NCBI GenBank assembly: GCA_001785615.1 | Contig: MFUG01000005.1 | Coordinates: forward strand, 1 to 48,813 | Source of the DNA: Candidatus Nomurabacteria bacterium RIFCSPHIGHO2_02_FULL_42_19 | GTDB taxonomy: Bacteria; Patescibacteriota; Minisyncoccia; Phycocordibacterales; UBA9973 | Direction: 5' to 3' | DNA length: 48,813 nt | Shown: positions 9,348 to 18,405 of the stretch, in pieces | Position numbering within the stretch: position 1 is the first letter of the stretch | Layout of the letters: the number at the start of each line of letters is the position of its first letter | Made by a program: the position numbers and the translations under genes | The notes under the pieces: model-generated | Databases searched by the model: none | Seen by the model: the letters and a program-made list of their open reading frames with translations, nothing else | What the model was told of the DNA's origin: nothing

Positions 9348-10727
9348 TTACCTCCAATACCGCTCCACCACGTGATGCTCTTCCACTCCGGTGCCTACAT
9401 AGATAATTTTAGCGCCTAAAGTTTTTTCCAAAAATTGAACATATTGAAGCGCTTCTTTGGGCAACTTTTTACCGTAATCCGACAACTCCCCTTTCCAGCC
9501 GGGAAATATTTTATAAATTGGTTTTATATCAACACGAGATAAATCAAAGGGGATCTGGTTTATTTTTTTTCCATTGACGACATAAGAAATACACACTTTT
9601 ATTTTCTTAAAACCATTCAGCACATCTAGTTTAGTTAAAACCAACTCTGTCGCATTGTTCATTTCTATGGCATATTTCAAAAGCGGAATATCCATCCACC
9701 CAGTCCGACGCAGACGCCCGGTAGTGGCCCCGATTTCATTGCCAAAATGCCTTAACGCTATTCCCTGCTCAAAATCACTTTTACTGTTTGGATTTGGTTT
9801 TGGGAATTTTGTTTTTTCATCTATCGCTTTTTTATCGCGGCACCAGATTGCCGAATCCTTGCCGCCAAGCTCTGTAGGGAAAGGTCCCTCACCCACTTTC
9901 GTCGTATAGGCCTTAAGAATTCCAATGGCGCCCCCGATGTAAGAAGGGGGAATGCCAAGGCCTGTACCCACTCCGCTTGAGATTGTGTGGGAAGATGTGA
10001 CGTAGGGGTAGTGTCCAAAGCGAACATCCAAGAGCGCTCCCTGCGCTCCCTCCGCTATCACTTTTTTCCCCAAAGAAAGGGCTCTTAGCACTATTCCTGA
10101 CGAGTTCTCTGATTTAATAGAGCGTAAAAATTTTACACCTTCAAAAAATTCCTTCTCTTTTCCCCTTAATTCTTGATTGGTCATTTTATATCCAAAATCA
10201 TTCCGCAAAGTTCTCTTGTGTTCGTCACAAAGAGTTTTATATTTATTTTTGAAATCATTATAAAAAATATCTCCGACCCGGAGTGCCCGGCGGAGAGTAA
10301 GGTCCGTATAAGACGGTGAAATTCCCTTCCCAGTTGAACCGATTTTTTTCTTTCCTTTAGTTTTTTCGGAAATGGAATCAAGAATGAGATGGGTGGGCAT
10401 GGTGAGAACCGCATGTGGGGAAACAGACATCCGTCCCAGAAAAGATACATTTCTCGGTATGGTCTTGGCTTCCCCTTTTAACGCGGCTGGATTAATAACC
10501 ATCCCGGCGCCCAAGTGTATTTGCGCTTGGCCGAAGACACCCGATGGAATCAAATGAAACACATAACACTTACCCTTGTGCCAAATAGTATGTCCCGCAT
10601 TATTTCCACCCTGAAACCTAACAATCAGATCTTCCGTCCTCAAACCGGAAGCGATACGAGCGACGCCTTTGCCCTTACCCTCATCTCCCCACTGGAGTCC
10701 TATAATTGGAGTAATTTTGGATCTCAT
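9348..10727 (-). CDS. purA: adenylosuccinate synthetase
   Basis: 459 aa with the QWGDEGKGK P-loop and GNNAGHT. Confidence 0.95.
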   Translation of the reverse strand: MRSKITPIIGLQWGDEGKGKGVARIASGLRTEDLIVRFQGGNNAGHTIWHKGKCYVFHLIPSGVFGQAQIHLGAGMVINPAALKGEAKTIPRNVSFLGRMSVSPHAVLTMPTHLILDSISEKTKGKKKIGSTGKGISPSYTDLTLRRALRVGDIFYNDFKNKYKTLCDEHKRTLRNDFGYKMTNQELRGKEKEFFEGVKFLRSIKSENSSGIVLRALSLGKKVIAEGAQGALLDVRFGHYPYVTSSHTISSGVGTGLGIPPSYIGGAIGILKAYTTKVGEGPFPTELGGKDSAIWCRDKKAIDEKTKFPKPNPNSKSDFEQGIALRHFGNEIGATTGRLRRTGWMDIPLLKYAIEMNNATELVLTKLDVLNGFKKIKVCISYVVNGKKINQIPFDLSRVDIKPIYKIFPGWKGELSDYGKKLPKEALQYVQFLEKTLGAKIIYVGTGVEEHHVVERYWR

Positions 10728-12256
10728 TACTGTTTTTTATAATTCGGTGCGGGAGTGACCATGAAAATATCATGCACGTGACTTTCATTTAGTCCCGCCG
10801 CAGTAATAGTGTAATATGAAGCATTTCGCATCAGTTTAATTTCTTTTGCTCCCAAATAACCCATCCCAGCGCGTAGCCCGCCTATGTATTGATGAATCAC
10901 TTCTCCTACTGCGCCCTTATAAGCGACATGGCCGGAAACACCCTCTGGCACTAACTTGATTGGGTCATACTGCTCATCCTGAAAATAACGGTCTTTGGAC
11001 CCTCGTTGCATAGCGCCCAAGGACCCCATGCCGCGATATTTTTTATATTTTTGGTTATTAATATCAATAGTATCTCCCGGGGATTCGTCCGTACCCGCAA
11101 AAGCGCTTCCGGACATTATTACATCCGCTCCAAAAACAAGCGCTTTGACCACATCCCCGCTATGTTTTATTCCGCCGTCCGCGATAACCGGAATATCAAG
11201 TGGTCCGCATACGCCGTAGACAGCAGCAATGGCTGAGAGCTGTGGTACCCCTACACCGGAGACAATGCGAGTGGTGCAGATTGAACCAGGGCCAATGCCA
11301 ACTTTTACCGCATCGGCTCCTGCTTTGATTAGGTCAAGGGCGGCCTGGCCGGTCGCAATATTGCCCGCAATGATATCAAGTTTCGGATAAGCGGCGCGAA
11401 TTTTTTTAACAACTTCCAATACACCTTTTGAATGTCCATGGGCTGTATCCACGCAAACGACATCCACCTGGGCTTCCACCAATGCCTTAACATGCGCGAG
11501 AGCGTGAACGCTTGTGCCGACAGCTGCTCCTACGCAGAGCCGACCTTCTTTATCTTTCGTAGCGTTTGGATATTCTTTGGACTTGGCCATGTCGCGATAA
11601 GTAATTAACCCCACCAATTTATTATTTTTATCTACCAATGGGAGTTTTTCAATACCGTGTTTTTTAAATAAATTATTTGCCTCGGATAAGCTTGTATCGG
11701 CAGTACCAGTAATAATCTTGGTCGTCATTATTTCTTTAATCGGAGTATTTTCATTTTTCTCCATCGTTTCAAAGCGCAGGTCGCGATTGGTGACGATGCC
11801 CATCAATTTTCCTTCTTTATCTATAATAGGAATGCCCCCGATTTTGTGTGTTTTCTGTATGCGCAGAGCATCTCCGACAGTGGCCGAGACAGGTAAAGTA
11901 ATTGGATTTGCAATCCGACCCGACTCGTATCGCTTTACTCTTTGTACTTCTTTTACTTGATCATCAATACCAAGATTTTTATGAATAATGCCGATACCTC
12001 CGTGTTGCGCCATAGCTATGGCCATGGTGCTTTCGGTGACTGTATCCATGGCGGCGGACATGAACGGAATATGTAAAGTTATATTTTTTGTTAGCTGGGT
12101 CTTGGTTATCACATCCTTCGGCAAAATTTCACTATACCCAGGTACCAGTAGAACATCATCAAAGGTAAACCCAGCTCCCAATACCTTTGGTATAGATATC
12201 TGCCCGAACGACCGTCCAGTCGGGCGGGTTTTCTTTTTTGATTTCCCAATAGCCAT
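10727..12256 (-). CDS. guaB: IMP dehydrogenase
   Basis: 509 aa with [14 protein letters not shown], tandem CBS domains, the catalytic [11 protein letters not shown] loop and GSLGAM. The N-terminal extension of about 20 aa is uncertain; an alternative TTG start lies near 12183. Confidence 0.93.
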   Translation of the reverse strand: MAIGKSKKKTRPTGRSFGQISIPKVLGAGFTFDDVLLVPGYSEILPKDVITKTQLTKNITLHIPFMSAAMDTVTESTMAIAMAQHGGIGIIHKNLGIDDQVKEVQRVKRYESGRIANPITLPVSATVGDALRIQKTHKIGGIPIIDKEGKLMGIVTNRDLRFETMEKNENTPIKEIMTTKIITGTADTSLSEANNLFKKHGIEKLPLVDKNNKLVGLITYRDMAKSKEYPNATKDKEGRLCVGAAVGTSVHALAHVKALVEAQVDVVCVDTAHGHSKGVLEVVKKIRAAYPKLDIIAGNIATGQAALDLIKAGADAVKVGIGPGSICTTRIVSGVGVPQLSAIAAVYGVCGPLDIPVIADGGIKHSGDVVKALVFGADVIMSGSAFAGTDESPGDTIDINNQKYKKYRGMGSLGAMQRGSKDRYFQDEQYDPIKLVPEGVSGHVAYKGAVGEVIHQYIGGLRAGMGYLGAKEIKLMRNASYYTITAAGLNESHVHDIFMVTPAPNYKKQ

Positions 12257-12292
12257 ATGTCTTATCCAATATACACGGAAATGGTTTTTTCG

Positions 12293-13327
12293 TCAAATTG
12301 TGCTGATGTCGCTCCCCTTCGGGTAAATTATTAAATCATCAGTCCTGTTTTTCCAGGTTTGCTCTATGGCATCCAAGATTCGCCAGCTCTCCAGCACTTC
12401 ACCGCTTGAGATAAATAAATCATGATTCCCGGACATGGTGGCGGAAATGACTCGTTCATACGCCTCCGGTTCATGTTTGATGTTAAAAATTTTTTCAGTA
12501 CCGTTTTTGTATTTAATTTTTATTTGGGTCAATTTTTCACTTAGGGCCTTACCGGTAGAGAGTACTATTCTAACCCCACGCCAAGCCGGATCATTTGATA
12601 CTAAATTAATCGAGACGAATGTTTCTGTCATACTGCCCGGATTATTTACTTCTTCCCGGTAGCCCGCATACTGTCCCCTCTTTACACACTCATTTTTATT
12701 AATATCACAGACAATCTCTAAATTTTTTAAGGCCTCATGGCGGCGAACGGTAACAAAAGATCCAGCCAAGACCGAGGCCGCCATTTCTAGAAGATGGCTT
12801 TGAACAAAGTCCTTCAATGCTCCGGTTTGTTCATAAAAATTAACTCGGCTTTCAATATCTATTTTTTCACTGGCAATTATTTCAATACTAGCGACATTGT
12901 TTCTATCCCATTTTTCGGTCATTACATTTTGCAAGGATTCTTTTGTCAGATAATGGTCAACCCGATAAATTTGCTCTTCAGAAAAATATTTATCAATATG
13001 TTCCACCAGGTCTTGAGCTGACTTCAAATCCTTCCCGAAAGGTTTTTCGAGCATTATTTTTACATTACTCTTATTCTCTTTGCCGAAGTTAGTACTTATT
13101 ATTTCTACGGCGTCCAGCACCCCCTCGGAAGGAATTGCTAAATGGAATATCTTTTCCCCACCTTCTTTAATTAAATTTTTCAAGTTACCATAATCTTTTC
13201 TGGAAACAGGAATAATGGCCCCACTATAATTCATATGTTGCATATTTCTAATGGCCGGCAACAAATAACGCCTTGCCAGATCCCCAGAGGCGCCGAAAAT
13301 TATATAGGTTGTTTGACTGCGTTTCAT
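12293..13327 (-). CDS. zwf: glucose-6-phosphate dehydrogenase, unusually compact (344 aa)
   Basis: Carries FGASGDLA, EKPFGKDL and RVDHYLTKE (equivalent to the RIDHYLGKE active-site motif). It is about 130 aa shorter than typical Zwf. Confidence 0.75.
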   Translation of the reverse strand: MKRSQTTYIIFGASGDLARRYLLPAIRNMQHMNYSGAIIPVSRKDYGNLKNLIKEGGEKIFHLAIPSEGVLDAVEIISTNFGKENKSNVKIMLEKPFGKDLKSAQDLVEHIDKYFSEEQIYRVDHYLTKESLQNVMTEKWDRNNVASIEIIASEKIDIESRVNFYEQTGALKDFVQSHLLEMAASVLAGSFVTVRRHEALKNLEIVCDINKNECVKRGQYAGYREEVNNPGSMTETFVSINLVSNDPAWRGVRIVLSTGKALSEKLTQIKIKYKNGTEKIFNIKHEPEAYERVISATMSGNHDLFISSGEVLESWRILDAIEQTWKNRTDDLIIYPKGSDISTI

Positions 13328-13364
13328 TTATTTTTGATTTATTTTATGCCCGTTGTGCCCACAT

Positions 13365-13715
13365 CTAAAAGGACAGAGTCACTTTTCGATACTTTTTCAG
13401 CTCTTTTTTTGTAAGACGAAAATCCGAATTTCCCCCGTCAATTAAAATACTATTCTGCGGAATTATTTTTAGCCAGAGATCTAGTTCTTCTTCCATACTT
13501 AGAGCAGGAATCATCAACCAAATGATTGCTCGCTCTTGCCCAAAGGCCGCCAGGACTTCTTCTTTTGTATAAGCAGACACCATTCCTAGATCTTTCGCTT
13601 CATCAACTTTTTCCCTGCTCCGATTGTGGGCGATAACAGTAAATTTATCTTCATGCAGTTTTCTTGCAACCTGCATTCCCATTTTTCCTAAACCAATTAC
13701 CGCAACTTTAATCAT
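13365..13715 (-). pseudogene. gnd: 6-phosphogluconate dehydrogenase N-terminal (Rossmann) remnant, 116 aa
   Basis: VAVIGLGKMGMQVARKL ... IDGGNS matches the NAD(P)-binding domain only. The ORF stops about 20 aa after GGNS, 37 nt before the zwf start. The catalytic C-terminal two thirds are missing. Confidence 0.6.
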
Positions 13716-13756
13716 AAGGGGATTATACTCTATATTTATTTGTCGTCTAGGAGAAG

Positions 13757-13785
13757 TTGATTTTCTTTTTTTTTTAAACTAATCT
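13757..13785 (+). promoter_or_regulatory. candidate sigma70-type promoter for island B (TTGATT-17-TAATCT)
   Basis: The -35 is at 13757-13762 and the -10 at 13780-13785, in the AT-rich spacer upstream of the ParB-like ORF. Confidence 0.35.
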
Positions 13786-13856
13786 TCTTTAAGAGTTACT
13801 GTACGAGCCCCCTGTGGGCTGTTGTTTGGAAACGTTCTTCAAAACAAGGAGCTCAC

Positions 13857-15272
13857 ATGGCAACTGCAGACAAGCAAGTTCGAGTTACCGGTGAACAGGA
13901 AATTAGCCAGGTACGTCGCATTCCGCGGAGTCAGATTCGGCGTTTCCCAGATCAGCCCCGCAATTTTTTCGATGCAAAGGACATGAATGACCTCGCCGCG
14001 AGCATTGAAGAAATTGGACAACAAACGCCCATCGTCGTCAAAGTCGTCACTGGCGATCCGAAGCATAGCTTCGAGTTGGTGGATGGCGAACGACGCTGGA
14101 TCGCCTGTGGAATGGCGAACGTGGATACCATGCTCGCCTGGGTGCGACCAATCGCAGACAGCGACGAACAGTTCATTGCGTCGGTGGTTGGCAACTTCGG
14201 ACGGTCCGGTCACACGGCACTCGAGATCTCTCAGGCCGTCGATCGCATCAGAAAGTCGAAGCGAATGCAGGAGCTTTCGCCCGGGGAACAAGTGGCGCGA
14301 ATCGCGAAGATCTTCGCCCGTTCTGAACCCTGGGTGTACTCACATCTCGCAATCCTGCGGCTTCACCCCGACGTGCAAGCAATGATGGCGCCGATGATCC
14401 CCGAAGAGGAGCGTCTGAGCCATACGCTTGGCGTGTTCATCTCGAGCTTGCACCAGGATCTCCAGCTCGAGATCGCCAAGGCGGTGCTGGCGAAAAAGAT
14501 GAGCCTCAACCAGGCGCGTCTCTACGCTCGGCAAGTTGCTGAGGAAGCGGGCGTGAAAGTTGGAACCAACCGAGGGAGAGCACCAGGTCTTCCTTCGCAA
14601 AGTTGGGTTCGTCTCAAGAACATGGTTCGAATCGCCCAAGAGGGACTCAACGCACTTCTCGTACCGGCCGTTCAGGACGCACTCAAGAAACGTGACCCGG
14701 CGGATCGTGCCGTCATGGCGACGGAACTGGAACAGTGTATTGCTCGTCTGAATCAAATGAGGGTAATTCTAATCGAAATGCCTTCAACTCTTGAGGTCGA
14801 GTGTCCACGACCTGTGTCGATACCCGCATCGGTGGTAGTCGACATCCGATTCCCACGCAAAGTGAAAGAGCTAACGACGCCGATTGCTCAAGCTCTTCCA
14901 CCTCCGCTGGCTCGAAAACCTGTTCCCACTCCCAACATACCAAAGGAGCAATCCATCGAGCTGTCACACAAGGTGCTGTCCGCATTGTTCTACCGGGACG
15001 GTCAACCTATCATGAACTTGGGTCGTCGTCGACTTCAAGAGGAACTGCCGGACATCGATGACTTGGATATTGCAGTAAGCCAAGCACTTCGGGCAGCGAA
15101 AAATCACTGGCGAATTACACCCGAAGGACCAAAGGAAAAACAGAATTTGATCCGGCTGATGCATCGTTTCCGGCATAACTACGGCAACTGCAAGGAATTT
15201 GCCCAAGCGCTGGAACATGCCAGGAAATGGGATGAATCGGACGATCCGGTTTCTCTGCATTTCAAAAAGTAG
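13857..15272 (+). CDS. orphan ParB/Srx-domain protein with ParB-type HTH and unassigned C-terminal half (471 aa), island B
   Basis: Motifs are FPDQPRNFFD, LAASIEEIGQQTPIVV and LVDGERRWIA (ParB box II-like), then an HTH segment VARIAKIFARSEPWVYSHLAILRLHPDVQ. AAGGAG lies 5 nt before the ATG. One hand-counted line is about 57% GC. Confidence 0.85.
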   Translation: MATADKQVRVTGEQEISQVRRIPRSQIRRFPDQPRNFFDAKDMNDLAASIEEIGQQTPIVVKVVTGDPKHSFELVDGERRWIACGMANVDTMLAWVRPIADSDEQFIASVVGNFGRSGHTALEISQAVDRIRKSKRMQELSPGEQVARIAKIFARSEPWVYSHLAILRLHPDVQAMMAPMIPEEERLSHTLGVFISSLHQDLQLEIAKAVLAKKMSLNQARLYARQVAEEAGVKVGTNRGRAPGLPSQSWVRLKNMVRIAQEGLNALLVPAVQDALKKRDPADRAVMATELEQCIARLNQMRVILIEMPSTLEVECPRPVSIPASVVVDIRFPRKVKELTTPIAQALPPPLARKPVPTPNIPKEQSIELSHKVLSALFYRDGQPIMNLGRRRLQEELPDIDDLDIAVSQALRAAKNHWRITPEGPKEKQNLIRLMHRFRHNYGNCKEFAQALEHARKWDESDDPVSLHFKK

Positions 15273-15343
15273 TACGCGCGCTTGGGCGCCAAACCAAGAT
15301 GCAAGCTCGACTTTTCGAGCAGGGCCGAGAGTCCAAACTCTCA

Positions 15344-15386
15344 ATAGCTAGCAACACCCGAAAGGAGAATGTTTGCTGGCTATTTT
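15344..15386 (+). terminator. stem-loop plus T-run after the ParB-like gene
   Basis: ATAGCTAGCAA (15344-15354) pairs with TTGCTGGCTAT (15373-15383) as 11 bp with one G-U pair. TTT then an AT-rich run follows. Confidence 0.5.
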
Positions 15387-15403
15387 AATTTCAGTAAACT
15401 TTT

Positions 15404-15447
15404 ATGAATTACCTAACTTATGCGACCGCTAGAGTTAGGTAATTCAT
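15404..15447. repeat. perfect 15-bp inverted repeat with 14-nt spacer
   Basis: ATGAATTACCTAACT (15404-15418) and AGTTAGGTAATTCAT (15433-15447). Confidence 0.9.
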
Positions 15448-15480
15448 CGAGTAATTTCGGCATATGCTGAAATCTTATAA

Positions 15481-16143
15481 CTATTTTTTATAGTCGGTAA
15501 AAATTGTTAATAAGGGGATTTTTTTTAATACTTGTGCCGGTTCGTCAAAGACGGGAATGTCTTTCTCTAAGTCCTGAAGCACCCACCACTTTTCCTTCCC
15601 CTGCATGAAAACTACCGCTTCGTCTAATTGTATTATTGTCTTAGGTGTGATAGTAATGCGCTCAAATTGTTTTGCCTTGTATCTATGGGCCAAGTCCGAC
15701 GAATTCACTGCGTCACTTTTGGGCATTATTCCTCCAGTGTGCGCATTGGCGCCAACGCCGAATAAACCAATTTTATAATTCGCTTTGGCCAACTCTTCTC
15801 GCAAGATAGTATTAAAATTTTTAGTCGTCGCGATAAGATCTTCTCCAGTTAAAATAGGAATGAGCTTGGACTGTGGGAGATTAAAACCATGCTCTTGTAT
15901 TTGCTGCCAATTTGAGTTCTGGTGCCCGACTGGTCCGTAACGCTCATCGGCCATAATGACAGTTAAATTTTTATGTGGATATTTTGAAATAGTTCTGGCT
16001 GTCTCTACGGCGACAGTAATAGCCGAACCGCCCGGCACAAACCATAAAACATTTTTCCCGGACTTCAATTGTTCTAGGATTTTACTTGCGAGAAATTTTG
16101 CGGCAACCCCAGTATTTGTTGTGGTTTGTATATTTAGTTGCAT
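15481..16143 (-). CDS. pgl: 6-phosphogluconolactonase
   Basis: 220 aa of the SugarP-isomerase/6PGL family, with VPGGSA and MADERYGP motifs. Confidence 0.8.
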   Translation of the reverse strand: MQLNIQTTTNTGVAAKFLASKILEQLKSGKNVLWFVPGGSAITVAVETARTISKYPHKNLTVIMADERYGPVGHQNSNWQQIQEHGFNLPQSKLIPILTGEDLIATTKNFNTILREELAKANYKIGLFGVGANAHTGGIMPKSDAVNSSDLAHRYKAKQFERITITPKTIIQLDEAVVFMQGKEKWWVLQDLEKDIPVFDEPAQVLKKIPLLTIFTDYKK

Positions 16144-16177
16144 ATTTTTTTAAATGATATCAAACTTCCGCGCAAAG

Positions 16178-16248
16178 CTGGGGGACTAGGATTCGAACCT
16201 AGATAGTGGGATCCAAAATCCCAAGTCCTACCATTAGACGATCCCCCA
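16178..16248 (-). tRNA. tRNA-Gln (anticodon UUG)
   Basis: The minus strand folds as a cloverleaf: acceptor TGGGGGA/TCCCCCA, anticodon arm TGGGA-TTTTGGA-TCCCA, T arm CTAGG-TTCGAAT-CCTAG. Confidence 0.9.
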
Positions 16249-16269
16249 GCTTTAGGCACAAGTTATTTG

Positions 16270-17346
16270 TTATTTCCCAGCAGTCTCATTATTTTGCCCC
16301 AAAATTCTGACCAGCGCAAGTTCGAGCGGAAGTTCGGCAATAAAAGCCCTGTCTATATTCTGATATTCCTCAAGCAGAATTGAGAGAGCGGGAGAGCGAA
16401 GTATTCCCTCTTTATCTTCCTTGATAAGTGATTTCAAGAATTCTCTGTCGCCTTTCGATAAATCCCCTGCCAGTTCGTTTTCAAGTTTTGGCGCGTAACG
16501 CATAATTATCGCCGTGCGGAATTTTTCTATAATAAGCTTAAAATAAAGTTTCAGGTCCAAGTTCTCTGCTGAGGCATTTCTTACAGCCGTAATTCCCTTG
16601 GATAGATCTTTAGACGCGATAGCCGAGATGAAATCGTTAACCAGAACTGTTTTGGGCGCACCGGTTATTTTTTCTACATCTTCTCTGGTTATTTTTACAA
16701 CTTTCTTACTTTTATTTTCTTTATCATGAAAATTTATAACTTTTTGCAGTTCACTTAGAGCGTCCCGAAATGATCCTTCGCCTAAAATAGCCAAGAGTTC
16801 CGCCGAACCATTGTCTAATTCATAGCCCTCACTTTTACTTACATTCAACAACATTTTCTTTGATACGCTGTCCGAAGCGCGCCTGAAAGTAAAAACCTGA
16901 CAGCGAGAAATAATTGTTTCTGGCACTTTATGAAATTCCGTGGTGGCTAAAATAAAAATAACATGGGCCGGTGGCTCTTCCAGGGTCTTCAGTAATGCGC
17001 CCCAGGCATCCTTGGAGAGCATGTGCACTTCGTCAATGATGTAAACCTTGTATTTTGAATCAAAAGGCAGGACCCGGACACCTTCGCGAAGTGTTTTAAT
17101 ATCTTCAATGCCCCTATTTGATGCGGCATCAATTTCGTAGAGGTCATTTTCCGAAACCCCAATTTCTCGCGCGAAAATCCTAGCTACGGACGTCTTACCA
17201 GTGCCTCGAGAACCGACAAAAAGATACGCGTGCGAGACCTTATTATTATCTATAGAACTCTCTAAAACATCCACGATGTGGTCTTGTCCCAGAACTTCTG
17301 TGAAAGTCTTTGGTCGGTATTTACGATATAAAGCCAAGTCGTGCAT
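16270..17346 (-). CDS. dnaX: DNA polymerase III subunit gamma/tau (short form)
   Basis: 358 aa with YRKYRPKTFTEVLGQDHI, the GSRGTGKTS Walker A, and the sensor SRCQVF. Confidence 0.92.
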   Translation of the reverse strand: MHDLALYRKYRPKTFTEVLGQDHIVDVLESSIDNNKVSHAYLFVGSRGTGKTSVARIFAREIGVSENDLYEIDAASNRGIEDIKTLREGVRVLPFDSKYKVYIIDEVHMLSKDAWGALLKTLEEPPAHVIFILATTEFHKVPETIISRCQVFTFRRASDSVSKKMLLNVSKSEGYELDNGSAELLAILGEGSFRDALSELQKVINFHDKENKSKKVVKITREDVEKITGAPKTVLVNDFISAIASKDLSKGITAVRNASAENLDLKLYFKLIIEKFRTAIIMRYAPKLENELAGDLSKGDREFLKSLIKEDKEGILRSPALSILLEEYQNIDRAFIAELPLELALVRILGQNNETAGK

Positions 17347-17358
17347 AAAAAGAGTATA

Positions 17359-18405
17359 CTAAACTTTAGCTAAAAAATCATTAACGATCTCGGCTACTTC
17401 TTTAGCGCTACTTGTCTCCATTAATTTCATCCGAAGTTCTTTTGCTCCAGCAAAACCGTTTACATACGCTTTATAATGTTTTTTCATAGTGGCGAAGTTT
17501 TTGTGCTGACCAAGCATTTTTTCAAAAAGTTTCGTGTGTTCTACCATAACTTGTAATTTCTCTGGCGTAGAGGGAACATGTTTATAAAAGCCTTGCGCAG
17601 GCCGACTGGGCCGAGCAGATAAAATTTTCAGCAGAAAATTATTTGTGCTTTTAGAAATATGTTCCCTCGAAGCAAACAACCATGGATTTCCAAATATTGC
17701 TCTGCCCAGCATTACTCCATCACACTTATATTCTTTTATTTTTTTTCTAGCATCTTCTAAATTTTCTACGTCTCCGTTGCCGAGTATCAGCGTCTCTTTC
17801 TTCATCTCATTCCTGATTTCCACAATCTTTTTCATCACATCCCAATGCGCCGGCACATCAGACATTTCTTTTCTGGTTCTCAAGTGAATTGTAAGCGCTG
17901 CTAAGTCCTCCTCCAAAAGAGCTGGAACTAATGTTTCAATTTCGTTTTTATTGTAACCGATTCGCGTTTTTACTGACACTGGCAACTCCCCTACTCCTTC
18001 TTTAGCCGCGCGAATAATTTTTTTAGCGAGTTCTAGATCCTTCAGGCAAGCTGCACCAGCGCACTGCTTTTCAACTGATTTATCCGGGCAACCCATATTT
18101 AAATCTATCCCGTCAAAGCCAAGCTTTTTGCACAGAGCCGCCGCTATTTTAATATTTTCTGGCTTGCCGCCGAATATCTGCGCCACTATTGGTCGTTCAT
18201 TTTTCGAATACTTTAAGTCAATTAAGAGTTTCTCGCGGGCCACAGGGTGCGTCAGGCCGTCAGCTGATACAAATTCTGTCCAGAAAATGTCTGGCTTGCC
18301 GTACTTGGCTATGATTTGGCGAAAAGCGCAGTCCGTAACGTCTGCCATCGGCGCCAAAGCAAAAACGGGTCTCTTAATTTTTCCCCAGAATCCCAAAGTA
18401 TTCAT
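17359..18405 (-). CDS. dus: tRNA-dihydrouridine synthase
   Basis: 348 aa with LAPMADVTDCAFRQI and IDLNMGCP motifs of the Dus family. Confidence 0.88.
   Translation of the reverse strand: MNTLGFWGKIKRPVFALAPMADVTDCAFRQIIAKYGKPDIFWTEFVSADGLTHPVAREKLLIDLKYSKNERPIVAQIFGGKPENIKIAAALCKKLGFDGIDLNMGCPDKSVEKQCAGAACLKDLELAKKIIRAAKEGVGELPVSVKTRIGYNKNEIETLVPALLEEDLAALTIHLRTRKEMSDVPAHWDVMKKIVEIRNEMKKETLILGNGDVENLEDARKKIKEYKCDGVMLGRAIFGNPWLFASREHISKSTNNFLLKILSARPSRPAQGFYKHVPSTPEKLQVMVEHTKLFEKMLGQHKNFATMKKHYKAYVNGFAGAKELRMKLMETSSAKEVAEIVNDFLAKV

Noticed and set aside
13839-15344. Several long minus-strand and off-frame ORFs inside island B (for example 13839-14291, 14340-14756, 14964-15344, 13987-14385).
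   Set aside because: They overlap the ParB-like ORF, which has clear family motifs plus an SD. Long stop-free shadow frames are expected in GC-rich DNA, and none has a start context.
13794-15400. Short imperfect inverted repeat (AGTTACTG / CAGTAAACT) as transposon-like ends of island B.
   Set aside because: It is only 8-9 bp with an indel, no transposase or integrase is present, and the other islands show no comparable ends. It is mentioned in the island B finding but not called as a mobile-element boundary.
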